The notes: generated by a model not told the origin, from the letters alone. Shown: positions 8,273-17,738, numbered from the stretch's first letter. The stretch: 47,470 nucleotides of DNA from Candidatus Omnitrophota bacterium (GCA_028707125.1 JAQTUX010000001.1:928023-975492); one strand, 5' to 3'. A program made the numbers and translations.

Positions 8273-9238
8273 ATGTTAAAGGTCGGCATTATCGGGGCAA
8301 GCGGTTATACCGGTGGAGAATTGATCAGGATCCTCCTCAGGCATAAGGGCGTGAGGATCACCTATCTCGCCAGGGGCCGGGATACAGGCGAGCGGATAGA
8401 AGAGATCTTTCCCTGGCTGAAAAATATATTAAGCATGGAGTGCGGCGGGGTAAAATTAAGCGGCATAAAGGAATGCTGCGACCTTGTCTTTATGTCCCTG
8501 CCGCATGGCCTGGCCGCGTCCTATGTCCCGGCGATACTTAAATACGGCAAGCGGGTCATTGATCTGAGCGCGGACTACAGGTTTAACAGCGCGGCGGTTT
8601 ACGGCCTGCCTGAATTAAACAGAGAGAAAATAAAAGGGGCGCGCCTGATTGCCAATCCCGGATGCTACGCTACCGCGGCGATCTTGTCCCTTGCCCCGTT
8701 GGTGGCCGGTTCCCTCGTTGAACCGGGTTCGCTTATTGTTGACGCGAAATCAGGCGTAAGCGGCGCGGGAAAAAGGCAGGAGCTGGAATACTCATTTTCC
8801 GAAAGCAACGAGAACTTTAAGGCGTATAAGGTTGCCTGTCATCGCCATAATCCCGAGATAAACCAGGCCCTTTCAAGGCTCAGCCGGCACAAGGCCTCAG
8901 TTACATTTGTGCCGCACCTGCTTCCTTTAAACAGGGGTATCTATGTGAGCGCGTACGCCAGGTTAAAGCATAGCAAAAGCGCCGCCGCGCTGACAGCCAT
9001 TTATGAGAAGTTCTATAAGCGCGAGCCGTTTATAAGGGTTTTAGGCGGCGATACGCTGCCTGAGATAAAGAATGTGGTTAATACGAACTTCTGCGATATA
9101 GCGATAAGGGTTTCGCCGAAGGACAGGACCGTCATCGTTCTGGGGGCTATAGACAATCTTGTGAAGGGCGCGTCAGGGCAGGCAGTGCAGAATATGAATA
9201 TAATGCATGGTTTCCCTGAAACGGAGGCATTGGTTTAG
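8273..9238 (+). CDS. argC: N-acetyl-gamma-glutamyl-phosphate reductase
   Basis: The N-terminal Rossmann motif is GIIGASGYTGGEL and the catalytic Cys motif is NPGCYAT. The SD gaggag precedes the start and the gene sits in an arg operon. Confidence 0.95.
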   Translation: MLKVGIIGASGYTGGELIRILLRHKGVRITYLARGRDTGERIEEIFPWLKNILSMECGGVKLSGIKECCDLVFMSLPHGLAASYVPAILKYGKRVIDLSADYRFNSAAVYGLPELNREKIKGARLIANPGCYATAAILSLAPLVAGSLVEPGSLIVDAKSGVSGAGKRQELEYSFSESNENFKAYKVACHRHNPEINQALSRLSRHKASVTFVPHLLPLNRGIYVSAYARLKHSKSAAALTAIYEKFYKREPFIRVLGGDTLPEIKNVVNTNFCDIAIRVSPKDRTVIVLGAIDNLVKGASGQAVQNMNIMHGFPETEALV

Positions 9239-9254
9239 GGAAGTAGAGGAGAAT

Positions 9255-10409
9255 GTGGTGATACTAAAAAATGCAGTTTTGCCTATTGGATATAAGGCAG
9301 GAGGTATTTCTTGCGGCATAAAGAAGAGCGGCAAGTTAGATTTGGGCCTGGTTTATTCACTAATGCCGGCATTGACGGTCGCGGCATTTACCGGCAACAA
9401 GATCCAGGCGGCGCCGGTCATCGTTGATAAGGAACGCTTAAGAAGAAATGAGTTTATACAGGCGATCATCGTAAACAGCGGGAACGCCAACTGCCTTACG
9501 GGAGCAAGAGGCAGGCGTGACGCCGCGGCAATGGCTGATCTTACCGCGGATGCCCTGGGTATAGACAGGAAAGGCGTGTTGGCCGCGTCAACCGGCATTA
9601 TAGGCAAGGCCCTGCCTTTGGACAAGGTCAAAAGCGCGCTTCCTGACCTGGCGCGGCGGCTTTCCACAGGCGGCCTCGGCAGTTTTGCCAGGGCAATAAT
9701 GACGACTGACACCGTTGATAAGAAGCTGGCTGTGCGGTTTAAGATAGGTTCAAAGGACGTAACCATCAGCGCGTCCGCTAAAGGCGCCGGCATGCTGGCG
9801 CCGCAGCTCAACGTGCATCCGGCAGCTACGATGCTCGCCTTTTTTCTGACCGACGCTTATATTGAGAAGCCCGCGTTAAAAAAGGCCGCCTCCCTGTGCC
9901 TTGCAGAGTCGTTTAACTCCATAACCATAGACGGATGCATGAGCACTAACGATTCGGTTTTCTTTATGTCAAACGGCCTTGCCGGTAATAAGCGCATAAA
10001 GGCCGGCAGCGGGGACTACGCGGTATTCCTTAAGGCGTTGAAATTTCTGAGCCGCGAGATAGCGTTGATGCTGGTAAAAGACGGCGAGGGCGCCACTAAG
10101 CTTATACGCGTAAGGGCCGTCGGCGCCAGGAGCATTAGTGACGCGCGCAGGTGCGCTTTCAGCGTGGCAAATTCAAACCTGTTCAAGGCCGCTGTCTATG
10201 GCGAAAATCATAATCCCGGCAGGATAGCCGCGGCAGCCGGCTCCTGCGGTATAGGCATAAAAGAAAGTGATTTAGATATACGCGTAAGCCGTTTGAAGGA
10301 TAAGCAGGTGAATGTCGACATATATCTGAATAGCGGCAAACATGAAGCGGTAGTGTATACTTGCGATCTATCTCCGGAATACGTCAGGATCAACGCGAGT
10401 TACAGTTAA
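9255..10409 (+). CDS. argJ: Bifunctional ornithine acetyltransferase / N-acetylglutamate synthase
   Basis: The motifs are MTTDT and the autoprocessing region ATMLAFFLTDA. I chose the GTG at 9255 because the SD gaggag lies at 9246-9251. GTG 9258 or the track ATG 9207 (32-nt overlap with argC) are alternatives. Confidence 0.9.
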   Translation: MVILKNAVLPIGYKAGGISCGIKKSGKLDLGLVYSLMPALTVAAFTGNKIQAAPVIVDKERLRRNEFIQAIIVNSGNANCLTGARGRRDAAAMADLTADALGIDRKGVLAASTGIIGKALPLDKVKSALPDLARRLSTGGLGSFARAIMTTDTVDKKLAVRFKIGSKDVTISASAKGAGMLAPQLNVHPAATMLAFFLTDAYIEKPALKKAASLCLAESFNSITIDGCMSTNDSVFFMSNGLAGNKRIKAGSGDYAVFLKALKFLSREIALMLVKDGEGATKLIRVRAVGARSISDARRCAFSVANSNLFKAAVYGENHNPGRIAAAAGSCGIGIKESDLDIRVSRLKDKQVNVDIYLNSGKHEAVVYTCDLSPEYVRINASYS

Positions 10410-10422
10410 GGCGGGATAAAAT

Positions 10423-11271
10423 ATGGAAGAGGCGATAAAGAAGGCGGAGGTCCTCATTGAGGCGCTGCCTTATATCAAGAGGTTTCACAAGAAGACAATA
10501 GTGATAAAATACGGCGGCAGCATACTCGGCGATAAAAAGATAAGGCGCTCTATTCTGGAGGACATAGTCTTCCTCAGCTATATGGGCCTGCGGCCGGTGC
10601 TTGTGCACGGCGGGGGCCCGAACATTTCCGAGAGGATGAAGACCGAGGGCCAGAAGACGGATTTTGTGGACGGCATGAGGGTGACCGATGCCAGGACCTT
10701 GAAGATAGTGGAAGAAGAATTGGAGAGTTTGAACGCGGGGATAGTCTCCGAGTTGAAAAAATGCGGCGGTTCAGCCGCGGGGTTGAACGGCAAGGACCTG
10801 ATCGCGGTAGAGAAGAAGGCATCAGAGATAGACCTTGGTTTTGTCGGCCACGTGACATCAGTGAAGGCGGAGATCATGGAGAAGGAGCTTTCCGAAGGCA
10901 GGATAGCGGTTGTCTGCCCGATGGGAAGGGATAAGAGTAATAATGTCTACAACGTAAATGCCGATGAGGCCGCCTCTAATATAGCCGCCGCGCTCAAGGC
11001 GGAAAAGATGGTCATGCTTACTAATGTCAAGGGCATAGTGAGGAACGCGGAAGACCCAAATTCTCTTTTGTCCACGCTTACGGTAAAAGAGGCAAAGAGC
11101 CTCATAGGCGGCAAGGTGATACAGGAGGGTATGATACCCAAGGTTTCCGCCTGTATATTGTGCCTGGATAAAGGCGTGAAAAAGACGCATATAATAGACG
11201 CGCGCACGCCTCACGGGCTGCTGCTTGAGATCTTCACTGACCAGGGCATCGGGACCGAAATCGTTAAATGA
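10423..11271 (+). CDS. argB: Acetylglutamate kinase
   Basis: The amino-acid kinase family motifs are VIKYGGS, VHGGGP and NVNADEAA. Confidence 0.95.
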   Translation: MEEAIKKAEVLIEALPYIKRFHKKTIVIKYGGSILGDKKIRRSILEDIVFLSYMGLRPVLVHGGGPNISERMKTEGQKTDFVDGMRVTDARTLKIVEEELESLNAGIVSELKKCGGSAAGLNGKDLIAVEKKASEIDLGFVGHVTSVKAEIMEKELSEGRIAVVCPMGRDKSNNVYNVNADEAASNIAAALKAEKMVMLTNVKGIVRNAEDPNSLLSTLTVKEAKSLIGGKVIQEGMIPKVSACILCLDKGVKKTHIIDARTPHGLLLEIFTDQGIGTEIVK

Positions 11272-12440
11272 ATAAACAAGAGATCTTTGATACATATAGC
11301 GAATGCATAATGCCCACATACACGAAGGTGCCTTTGATTTTCGTCAAGGGCAAGGGTTCGTATCTGTGGGATATACACAACAGGAAATACCTGGACTTTT
11401 TTCCGGGCTGGGGCGTGGGCAATGTCGGCCATTGCAATCCGGACGTAGTGTCCGGCATACGCGACCAGGTATCAAAACTGATCTTTGTGCCCAATAATTA
11501 TTTTCACGCTCAGCAGGCAAGGCTGGCGCGCGAGGTAATACACTGGTCGTTCCCCGCGAAGGTATTTTTCTGCAATTCCGGAGCAGAGGCCAACGAAGCA
11601 GCCATTAAGCTTGCGCGCAGGTTCGGGAGGGGAAGATACGAGATCATAACTTTTGAAAAGTCATTTCACGGCAGGACCCTGGCAAATATTGCCGCCTGCG
11701 GCCAGAAAAAATACCAGGAAGGGTTTGAACCGCTTCCGGAGGGATTCAAGACAGTCGCCTTCAACGACATTCAGGCGGTAGAGAAGGCGGCAGGCGATAA
11801 GACCGTTGCCGTAATGCTGGAGCTGATACAGGGCGAAGGCGGCATAAACGTTGCCGGCAGGGAATTTGTAAACGCGGTAAGAAGGATCTGCGACGAGAAG
11901 AAGCTGCTTATGATAGTTGATGAGGTGCAGACCGGTATAGGCAGGACAGGCAAGATGTTTTGTTTCCAGCATTATGGCATTGTTCCCGATGTGGTCACTC
12001 TTGCCAAGTCCCTGGGAGGGGGCCTGCCTATAGGTATGATGCTGGCTAAAAAGGAGATCGCCGATACTCTGCCTCCAGGGTCTCATGCCTCAACATTCGG
12101 AGGAGGTCCCCTGGTCTGCAAGGCGGCATTGGGGGTATTCAAGGCGATTGATAAGGGTAAACTGCTCAATAATGCCGGTAAACAAGGGGATTACCTGAAG
12201 CAGGGCTTGCTGCAACTTAAAGAAAAACATCAGATCATCCAGGATGTCCGGGGCATAGGATTGATGCTTGGAGTAGAATTGAAGATCAAAGGGAATAAAA
12301 TAGTGGAGCTGTGCAGGGATAACGGTTTGTTGATAAACTGCACGCAGGAAAATGTTTTAAGGATAATGCCCGCCTTAGGCGTTGGCGAAAAAGAGATAGA
12401 TAAGGCGTTGGGCATACTTGACAGGGCGTTGAAAATATGA
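11268..12440 (+). CDS. argD: Acetylornithine aminotransferase (class III PLP enzyme)
   Basis: The motifs are DEVQTGIGRTGKMF and the PLP-Lys region TLAKSLGGGLP. The start has an ATGA overlap with argB. Confidence 0.92.
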   Translation: MNKQEIFDTYSECIMPTYTKVPLIFVKGKGSYLWDIHNRKYLDFFPGWGVGNVGHCNPDVVSGIRDQVSKLIFVPNNYFHAQQARLAREVIHWSFPAKVFFCNSGAEANEAAIKLARRFGRGRYEIITFEKSFHGRTLANIAACGQKKYQEGFEPLPEGFKTVAFNDIQAVEKAAGDKTVAVMLELIQGEGGINVAGREFVNAVRRICDEKKLLMIVDEVQTGIGRTGKMFCFQHYGIVPDVVTLAKSLGGGLPIGMMLAKKEIADTLPPGSHASTFGGGPLVCKAALGVFKAIDKGKLLNNAGKQGDYLKQGLLQLKEKHQIIQDVRGIGLMLGVELKIKGNKIVELCRDNGLLINCTQENVLRIMPALGVGEKEIDKALGILDRALKI

Positions 12441-13357
12441 AAAAGGACCTGATCTCCGTCAGCGAATTAAGCTCAAACGATGTTTGCAGGATATTTAACC
12501 TGACCGACAGGTTAAAGGGCAAAAAGATAGCGCGGAGTTTAAAGAATAAGACGCTGGCGCTTATCTTTCAGAAGCCGTCAAACAGGACGCGCGTATCCTT
12601 TGAAGTGGGTATGTATCAATTGGGCGGCAATGTAATATACCTGAGCCCTAAAGAAATAGACCTGGGGGTGCGCGAGTCCATAGCGGATGTGGCAAAGACG
12701 CTTTCTCGCTACGTGGATGCCATTGTACTGCGGACATATGAGCATAGGAATGTCATTGAGATGGCAAAAAGCGCGTCAGTGCCCGTGATAAACGGCTTAA
12801 GCGACCTTCTGCATCCCTGCCAGGCATTAGCAGACCTTTATACCATACAGGAGAAAAAGGGCAGGTTGAAGGGGGTCAGCGTGGCTTATATAGGCGACGG
12901 AAATAATGTGTGCCATTCGCTTATGGTCGGCTGCGCCAAGATGGGCGCGCATATAAAGGTGGCGTCTCCCGCCGGCTATGGGCCGGATAAGGATATTCTG
13001 GAGGAGGCGGAGATACTCGGCAAGATCACGGGCAGCAAGGTCTCTGTCGCGCATTCCGCCAAAGACGCCGCGAATTCAGCCGACGTGATCTATACCGACG
13101 TCTGGGCGAGCATGGGCAAGGAGGAAGAGGCGCAGAAGAGAAAGGAAATATTCAGGGATTTTCAGGTCAATAAACAACTGGCCTCTTGCGCCAGAAAGGA
13201 CTATATATTTATGCACTGCCTGCCGGCCCATAGGGGCGAGGAAGTGACTGACGATGTGCTTGATAGTAAAAATTCGGTGGTCTTTGACCAGGCGGAAAAC
13301 CGCCTGCATGTGCAGAAGGCGATACTTCTGATGCTGCTGAAGAAGGGTAAGGTGTAG
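12437..13357 (+). CDS. argF: Ornithine carbamoyltransferase
   Basis: The motifs are the carbamoyl-phosphate site SNRTRVSFE, plus HPCQALAD, DVWASMG and HCLPAHRGEE. The start has an ATGA overlap with argD. Confidence 0.93.
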   Translation: MKKDLISVSELSSNDVCRIFNLTDRLKGKKIARSLKNKTLALIFQKPSNRTRVSFEVGMYQLGGNVIYLSPKEIDLGVRESIADVAKTLSRYVDAIVLRTYEHRNVIEMAKSASVPVINGLSDLLHPCQALADLYTIQEKKGRLKGVSVAYIGDGNNVCHSLMVGCAKMGAHIKVASPAGYGPDKDILEEAEILGKITGSKVSVAHSAKDAANSADVIYTDVWASMGKEEEAQKRKEIFRDFQVNKQLASCARKDYIFMHCLPAHRGEEVTDDVLDSKNSVVFDQAENRLHVQKAILLMLLKKGKV

Positions 13358-13361
13358 AGAG

Positions 13362-13850
13362 ATGAAAGGATCAATATTCCTTGTTTTTGTATGGTTGTTC
13401 CTGGCGGCGCGCTTAGGCGTATGCGAGGAAGCCGCTGAGTGGCAATACCTGGAAAAAAGAAGCAGCGCGGCGCCCGCGTTATCCGGCGAATTATCTTTTA
13501 AAGGCGGCCAGATGCCGGATGCCATTAAAAAGGAAGGAGTGCATATTACCACCATGATAGGCACTTATAGATTTTCCGGGCGTAAAGATGACTATAACCC
13601 CGGCGGTTTCCTGCATGAGAACGACACAGTCATCAAGGACGCGAAGGATTCCAGCGTCACGATCACGCAGGAAGACCTGGATAAGCATTTTTACGAGGCG
13701 GGATTCTATGACAGGAAACAGAATACGCCTTCGGCCTGGGTATATATAAGGGTAGATAATAACGAACCGTCAGTCACATGGGTTAAGAAGCCGGTGTCTC
13801 TATGGGCTGATCCGGCGTTTCTGGCAGATATATCTTTGATAAAGGAATAA
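13362..13850 (+). CDS. Hypothetical secreted protein (162 aa) embedded in the arg operon
   Basis: The signal-peptide-like N-terminus is MKGSIFLVFVWLFLAARLGVCEEA. I recognise no family. The gene lies 4 nt after the argF stop. Confidence 0.7.
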   Translation: MKGSIFLVFVWLFLAARLGVCEEAAEWQYLEKRSSAAPALSGELSFKGGQMPDAIKKEGVHITTMIGTYRFSGRKDDYNPGGFLHENDTVIKDAKDSSVTITQEDLDKHFYEAGFYDRKQNTPSAWVYIRVDNNEPSVTWVKKPVSLWADPAFLADISLIKE

Positions 13851-13876
13851 CCCCGCACTTACGTGTGGGGAATGGG
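13851..13876 (+). repeat. Conserved hairpin element, copy 1 (ccccgcac-ttac-gtgtgggg + aatggg)
   Basis: An 8-bp stem (one G-U pair) with a ttac loop starts on the first base after the upstream stop, and the element ends 12 nt before the argG ATG. It matches the element at 16427-16452 at 24 of 26 positions. Confidence 0.85.
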
Positions 13877-13887
13877 GAGTCGAAAGT

Positions 13888-15063
13888 ATGAAGAAGGTTG
13901 TATTGGCTTATTCAGGCGGGCTTGATACATCTTGCGCCATAAAGTGGCTCAATTTGAAAGGGTTTGATGTTGTCTGTTTCAGCGCCGACCTCGGCCAGGG
14001 CGAGGATTTTGCCGCTATTGAGGAGCGCGCCCTTAAAGCCGGCGCCAGAAAGGTATATGTAAAGAACCTTGTAGAGGAGTTTGTTTCTGATTTCGTGCTT
14101 CCTTCTTTGAAGGCGGGGGCTGTGTATGAAGGCAAGTACCTGCTGGCTACCGCGTTGGGCAGGCCGTTGATCGCCAAATATCTGGTAGAGGTCGCCCATA
14201 AAGAGAAGGCGGGCTTTGTTTCGCACGGATGCACCGGCAAGGGGAATGATCAGGTGAGGATCGAGCTTGGCGTAAATATGCTTGACCCGTCTCTTAAGAT
14301 CATCGCGCCGCTAAGGGATTGGGAGTTCAAGTCGCGGGATGAAGAAATAGAGTATGCCAGGAAACACTGCATACCCATAGACGTAACAAAGAAGAAGCCG
14401 TACAGTATAGATAAGAATATCTGGGGGATCAGCATAGAGGCGGGCGTGCTTGAGGATGCCTATGCCATGCCTCCGGAAGACGCCTATCAGATGACGGTCT
14501 CGCCTCAGAAGGCGCCCAGCGTGCCCAGATACATTGAGGTATATTTTGAGAGAGGAGTTCCGGTAAAAATAGACGGGAAAAAGTACAAGACGCCCGCGCT
14601 CATAAATGAACTTAACGCGATAGGGGCCAGGCACGGCGTGGGAAGGTGCGACCTGGTAGAGAACAGGCTTGTGGGCATCAAATCACGCGAGATCTATGAG
14701 GCGCCGGCTGCTACCGTACTGCATACCGCCCATAAGGAGCTTGAGGCGCTTGTGCTTGACAGGGAGTTGGCGCATTTTAAGCAGGGCGTATCTCAGAAAT
14801 ACGCGGAGTTGGTGTATTATGGGCTATGGTATTCCGGCCTGAAAGACGGGCTTGACGCGTTTATCGGCACGACCCAGAAGAATGTCACGGGGGCCGTGAT
14901 GCTGCGGCTTTTTAAGGGTAGCTGCGATGCCGTAGGCAGAAAGTCACCGCATTCCTTATACAATAAGGAGCTGGCGACCTACGGCGAAGAGGATAAGTTT
15001 GAGCATAAATTGGCAGAGGGTTTTATAAAGCTCTGGGGCCTGCCGTACAGGAGTAAAAGATGA
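13888..15063 (+). CDS. argG: Argininosuccinate synthase
   Basis: The motifs are the N-type ATP-PPase AYSGGLDTS and GCTGKGNDQVR. Confidence 0.96.
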   Translation: MKKVVLAYSGGLDTSCAIKWLNLKGFDVVCFSADLGQGEDFAAIEERALKAGARKVYVKNLVEEFVSDFVLPSLKAGAVYEGKYLLATALGRPLIAKYLVEVAHKEKAGFVSHGCTGKGNDQVRIELGVNMLDPSLKIIAPLRDWEFKSRDEEIEYARKHCIPIDVTKKKPYSIDKNIWGISIEAGVLEDAYAMPPEDAYQMTVSPQKAPSVPRYIEVYFERGVPVKIDGKKYKTPALINELNAIGARHGVGRCDLVENRLVGIKSREIYEAPAATVLHTAHKELEALVLDRELAHFKQGVSQKYAELVYYGLWYSGLKDGLDAFIGTTQKNVTGAVMLRLFKGSCDAVGRKSPHSLYNKELATYGEEDKFEHKLAEGFIKLWGLPYRSKR

Positions 15064-16418
15064 GTAAGAAGTTGTGGGGAGGAAGATTTAGTAAGAAGAC
15101 AGACCCGTTAGTGGAGGAATTTACTAAATCTATACAATACGATTATAAAATAGCTGAGTATGATTTATTGGGTTCGATGGCTCATGTGGAGATATTGAAA
15201 AGAAGTAAATATCTAACATATAATGAAGCATCTAAATTAGACGAGGCCCTTGAGTCCATTCGCAATATAGTCCATGCAAAAAATTTTAAACCGATTAACA
15301 AGAGCGAAGATATACATACCTATATCCAAAATGAATTACAGAAAAAAGTAGGGAATTTGGTTTTTAAACTCCATACCGCCAGATCCAGAAACGATCAGGT
15401 GGTATTCGCTACTAAATTGTATTGTAAAGAAGAGGTGATTCCTTGTTTAGAAGACAATATTAGAAAGTTGGTAATAGCAATAGATGGTTTAGTCGCTAAA
15501 AACAAAGAAATCATTATGCCTGGTTTTACTCACTTACAACACGCCCAACCTGTTTATTTGAAGGATTATCTTTGTGCTTATGAGGACATGCTTAGGAGGG
15601 ATTCTAAAAGATTAGAGGGCATTTCTAAAAATATGAAGATAACCTTGGGCGCAGGTGCTTTAGCAGGGACACCGATTAAGGCGGATAATTATAATAAAGC
15701 GGCTTTAGATTTCTTAAAGAGCCATAAGGGATGGGCCGAAGAATTCAATATAGAAGCTACAGCAAACTCGCTAGATTCAGTAAGCGACAGGGATTTTGTG
15801 ATCGAGATTATCAGCGCCCTGTCTATTTTGGGGATGCATCTTTCAAGGTTGGCTGAGGACTTAATCATCTGGTCAACTAAGGAATTTGATTTTATTGAGA
15901 TAGATGAGGCATTCTGCACAGGCAGTTCCCTTATGCCGCAGAAGAAGAATCCCGACGTGTTAGAGTTGATAAGGGGATATACAGGAAGATTATACGGTAA
16001 TTTAGTAAGTGTTTTGACAATGATGAAGGGGCTTCCATTGACGTACAACAGGGATATGCAATTAGATAAGGAGCCGCTATTCAATTCCTTTGAAATAGTT
16101 TCCAGCGAGTTAAAGGTCTTGGCAGGCTTGATCAAGACCTTAAAATTCAACAAAGATAAGATTGAAAAGCAGCTTAAGGACGAATCGCTTTACGCTACCG
16201 ATCTAGTATATTACCTCGTTGATAAAAAAATGCCTTTTAAGCAGGCACATACTATTGTTGGAAAATTGGTTAAGTATTCAATAGATAATGCAATTCAGAT
16301 AAAGGATATGCCGGAACCTTTATTGAAAAAATTTTCCAATAAATTTGTGAAGAGGGAAGTAATAAAGTTATTCGATCCATTGGTTTCAGTCAGATCTAAA
16401 AAGTCGATTAAACGATAA
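15060..16418 (+). CDS. argH: Argininosuccinate lyase, with anomalously low GC
   Basis: The N-terminus is LWGGRF and the fumarate-lyase signature is GSSLMPQKKNPD. The start has an ATGA overlap with argG. Hand counts of 60-nt lines give about 25-38% GC, against about 45-65% in both neighbours. Confidence 0.95.
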   Translation: MSKKLWGGRFSKKTDPLVEEFTKSIQYDYKIAEYDLLGSMAHVEILKRSKYLTYNEASKLDEALESIRNIVHAKNFKPINKSEDIHTYIQNELQKKVGNLVFKLHTARSRNDQVVFATKLYCKEEVIPCLEDNIRKLVIAIDGLVAKNKEIIMPGFTHLQHAQPVYLKDYLCAYEDMLRRDSKRLEGISKNMKITLGAGALAGTPIKADNYNKAALDFLKSHKGWAEEFNIEATANSLDSVSDRDFVIEIISALSILGMHLSRLAEDLIIWSTKEFDFIEIDEAFCTGSSLMPQKKNPDVLELIRGYTGRLYGNLVSVLTMMKGLPLTYNRDMQLDKEPLFNSFEIVSSELKVLAGLIKTLKFNKDKIEKQLKDESLYATDLVYYLVDKKMPFKQAHTIVGKLVKYSIDNAIQIKDMPEPLLKKFSNKFVKREVIKLFDPLVSVRSKKSIKR

Positions 16419-16426
16419 GCAATCCA

Positions 16427-16452
16427 CCCCACACTTACGTGTGGGGAATTGG
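16427..16452 (+). repeat. Conserved hairpin element, copy 2 (ccccacac-ttac-gtgtgggg + aattgg)
   Basis: A perfect 8-bp stem with a ttac loop lies 8 nt after the argH stop, and the element ends 6 nt before the likely lysA ATG (16459). Confidence 0.85.
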
Positions 16453-16458
16453 CAAGCC

Positions 16459-17736
16459 ATGCACGATTTCAAATACAAAGGAAAAGAGCTTTATTGCGAA
16501 GGCGTGAGGTTGTCGGAGCTGGCTGAAAAATACGGCACGCCGCTTTTTGTCTACAGCTATAAGACGCTGATAGGTCATTATAAAAAACTGCGCGATGCCT
16601 TCCGCAGCGTAAATCCGCTTATTTGCTTTTCATTAAAGTCAAATTCCAATCTTGCCATTGCCCGCGCTTTAGTGGACGCCGGAGCAGGCGTTGATATTGT
16701 TTCCGGCGGCGAGATGTTCAGGGCGCTAAAGACAGGATGCAGCCCCAAAAAGATCGTTTACGCCTCCGTGGGAAAGACAGGGGAGGAAATCAAAGAGGCG
16801 ATACGCAAAGGCATCCTTTTGTTCAACGTGGAGTCAATACCCGAGCTTAAACTTATAAGCAGCATGGCCGTAAAGGCGGGCAGGAGTGTTGACATATCCC
16901 TGCGGTTAAACCCCGATGTCAAGCCGCGCACGCATAAATACATAACCACAGCGAATAAAATAAATAAATTCGGCATTGATAAGGAAACGGTAAAGTGGAT
17001 CGCTAATAACTCGCGCGAGTTCCCAAATATAAACATAGCCGGGCTCCACCTGCATATCGGCTCTCAGATCATTGACAGCAAGCCGTTCATTGAGGCGATC
17101 AAGAAGACGATAGGCCTGATACATTATCTGAGGATCGCCGGCGTCGGCCTTAAATGGCTTAATATCGGCGGAGGCCTGGGTATCATCTACAATAACGAGG
17201 AGCCGCAGACCGCCGCTGAATACGCGCGCTCTGTCCTGCCTCTGATAAACAAAACCGGTTTGAATATCATACTTGAGCCGGGCAGGTTTATCGTCGGTAA
17301 CGCCGGAGTGCTGCTTACGCGCGTTATTTATGTCAAGGATACGGCCCGCAAAAGGTTTGTCATAGTTGACGCGGGGATGAATGACCTTATAAGGCCGGCT
17401 CTTTATGAGGCATACCACGATATATTGCCGGCAGTAAAGAACAGGATGCCTGCCGCGGGCCTTAAGGCTGCCGATGTGGTCGGGCCAATTTGCGAAAGCA
17501 GCGATTTTCTCGGTAAGGACAGAAGATTACCGGAGCTTTTGCCGGGGGACCTGCTTTCAGTGATGGGCGCGGGGGCTTACGGTTTCAGCATGTCTTCAAA
17601 TTACAATTCGCGCTGCCGCTGCGCGGAGGTAATGGTAGCGGGAAAGAAGATGTATCTGGTGAGGGAGAGGGAATCATACAGCGATTTGATCAGGGGCGAA
17701 CACGTCCCTGAGTTCCTTTTTGCCTCAGGGTTATAA
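16459..17736 (+). CDS. lysA: Diaminopimelate decarboxylase
   Basis: The PLP fold-III decarboxylase motifs are GGGLGI and CESSD. I prefer the ATG at 16459 (MHDFKYKGKELY...) because the track GTG at 16441 lies inside the hairpin stem. Confidence 0.93.
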   Translation: MHDFKYKGKELYCEGVRLSELAEKYGTPLFVYSYKTLIGHYKKLRDAFRSVNPLICFSLKSNSNLAIARALVDAGAGVDIVSGGEMFRALKTGCSPKKIVYASVGKTGEEIKEAIRKGILLFNVESIPELKLISSMAVKAGRSVDISLRLNPDVKPRTHKYITTANKINKFGIDKETVKWIANNSREFPNINIAGLHLHIGSQIIDSKPFIEAIKKTIGLIHYLRIAGVGLKWLNIGGGLGIIYNNEEPQTAAEYARSVLPLINKTGLNIILEPGRFIVGNAGVLLTRVIYVKDTARKRFVIVDAGMNDLIRPALYEAYHDILPAVKNRMPAAGLKAADVVGPICESSDFLGKDRRLPELLPGDLLSVMGAGAYGFSMSSNYNSRCRCAEVMVAGKKMYLVRERESYSDLIRGEHVPEFLFASGL

Positions 17737-17738
17737 AT

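Noticed and set aside
13851-16452. Hairpin pair as a CRISPR array or as terminal repeats of a mobile element carrying argG-argH
   Set aside because: There are only two copies, 2.5 kb apart, in direct orientation. There are no cas, transposase or target-site duplications. The compositional anomaly covers argH only, not argG.
16441-16458. GTG at 16441 as the lysA start (as in the track)
   Set aside because: The GTG lies in the 3' arm of the conserved hairpin. The ATG at 16459 gives a normal LysA N-terminus. This remains uncertain.
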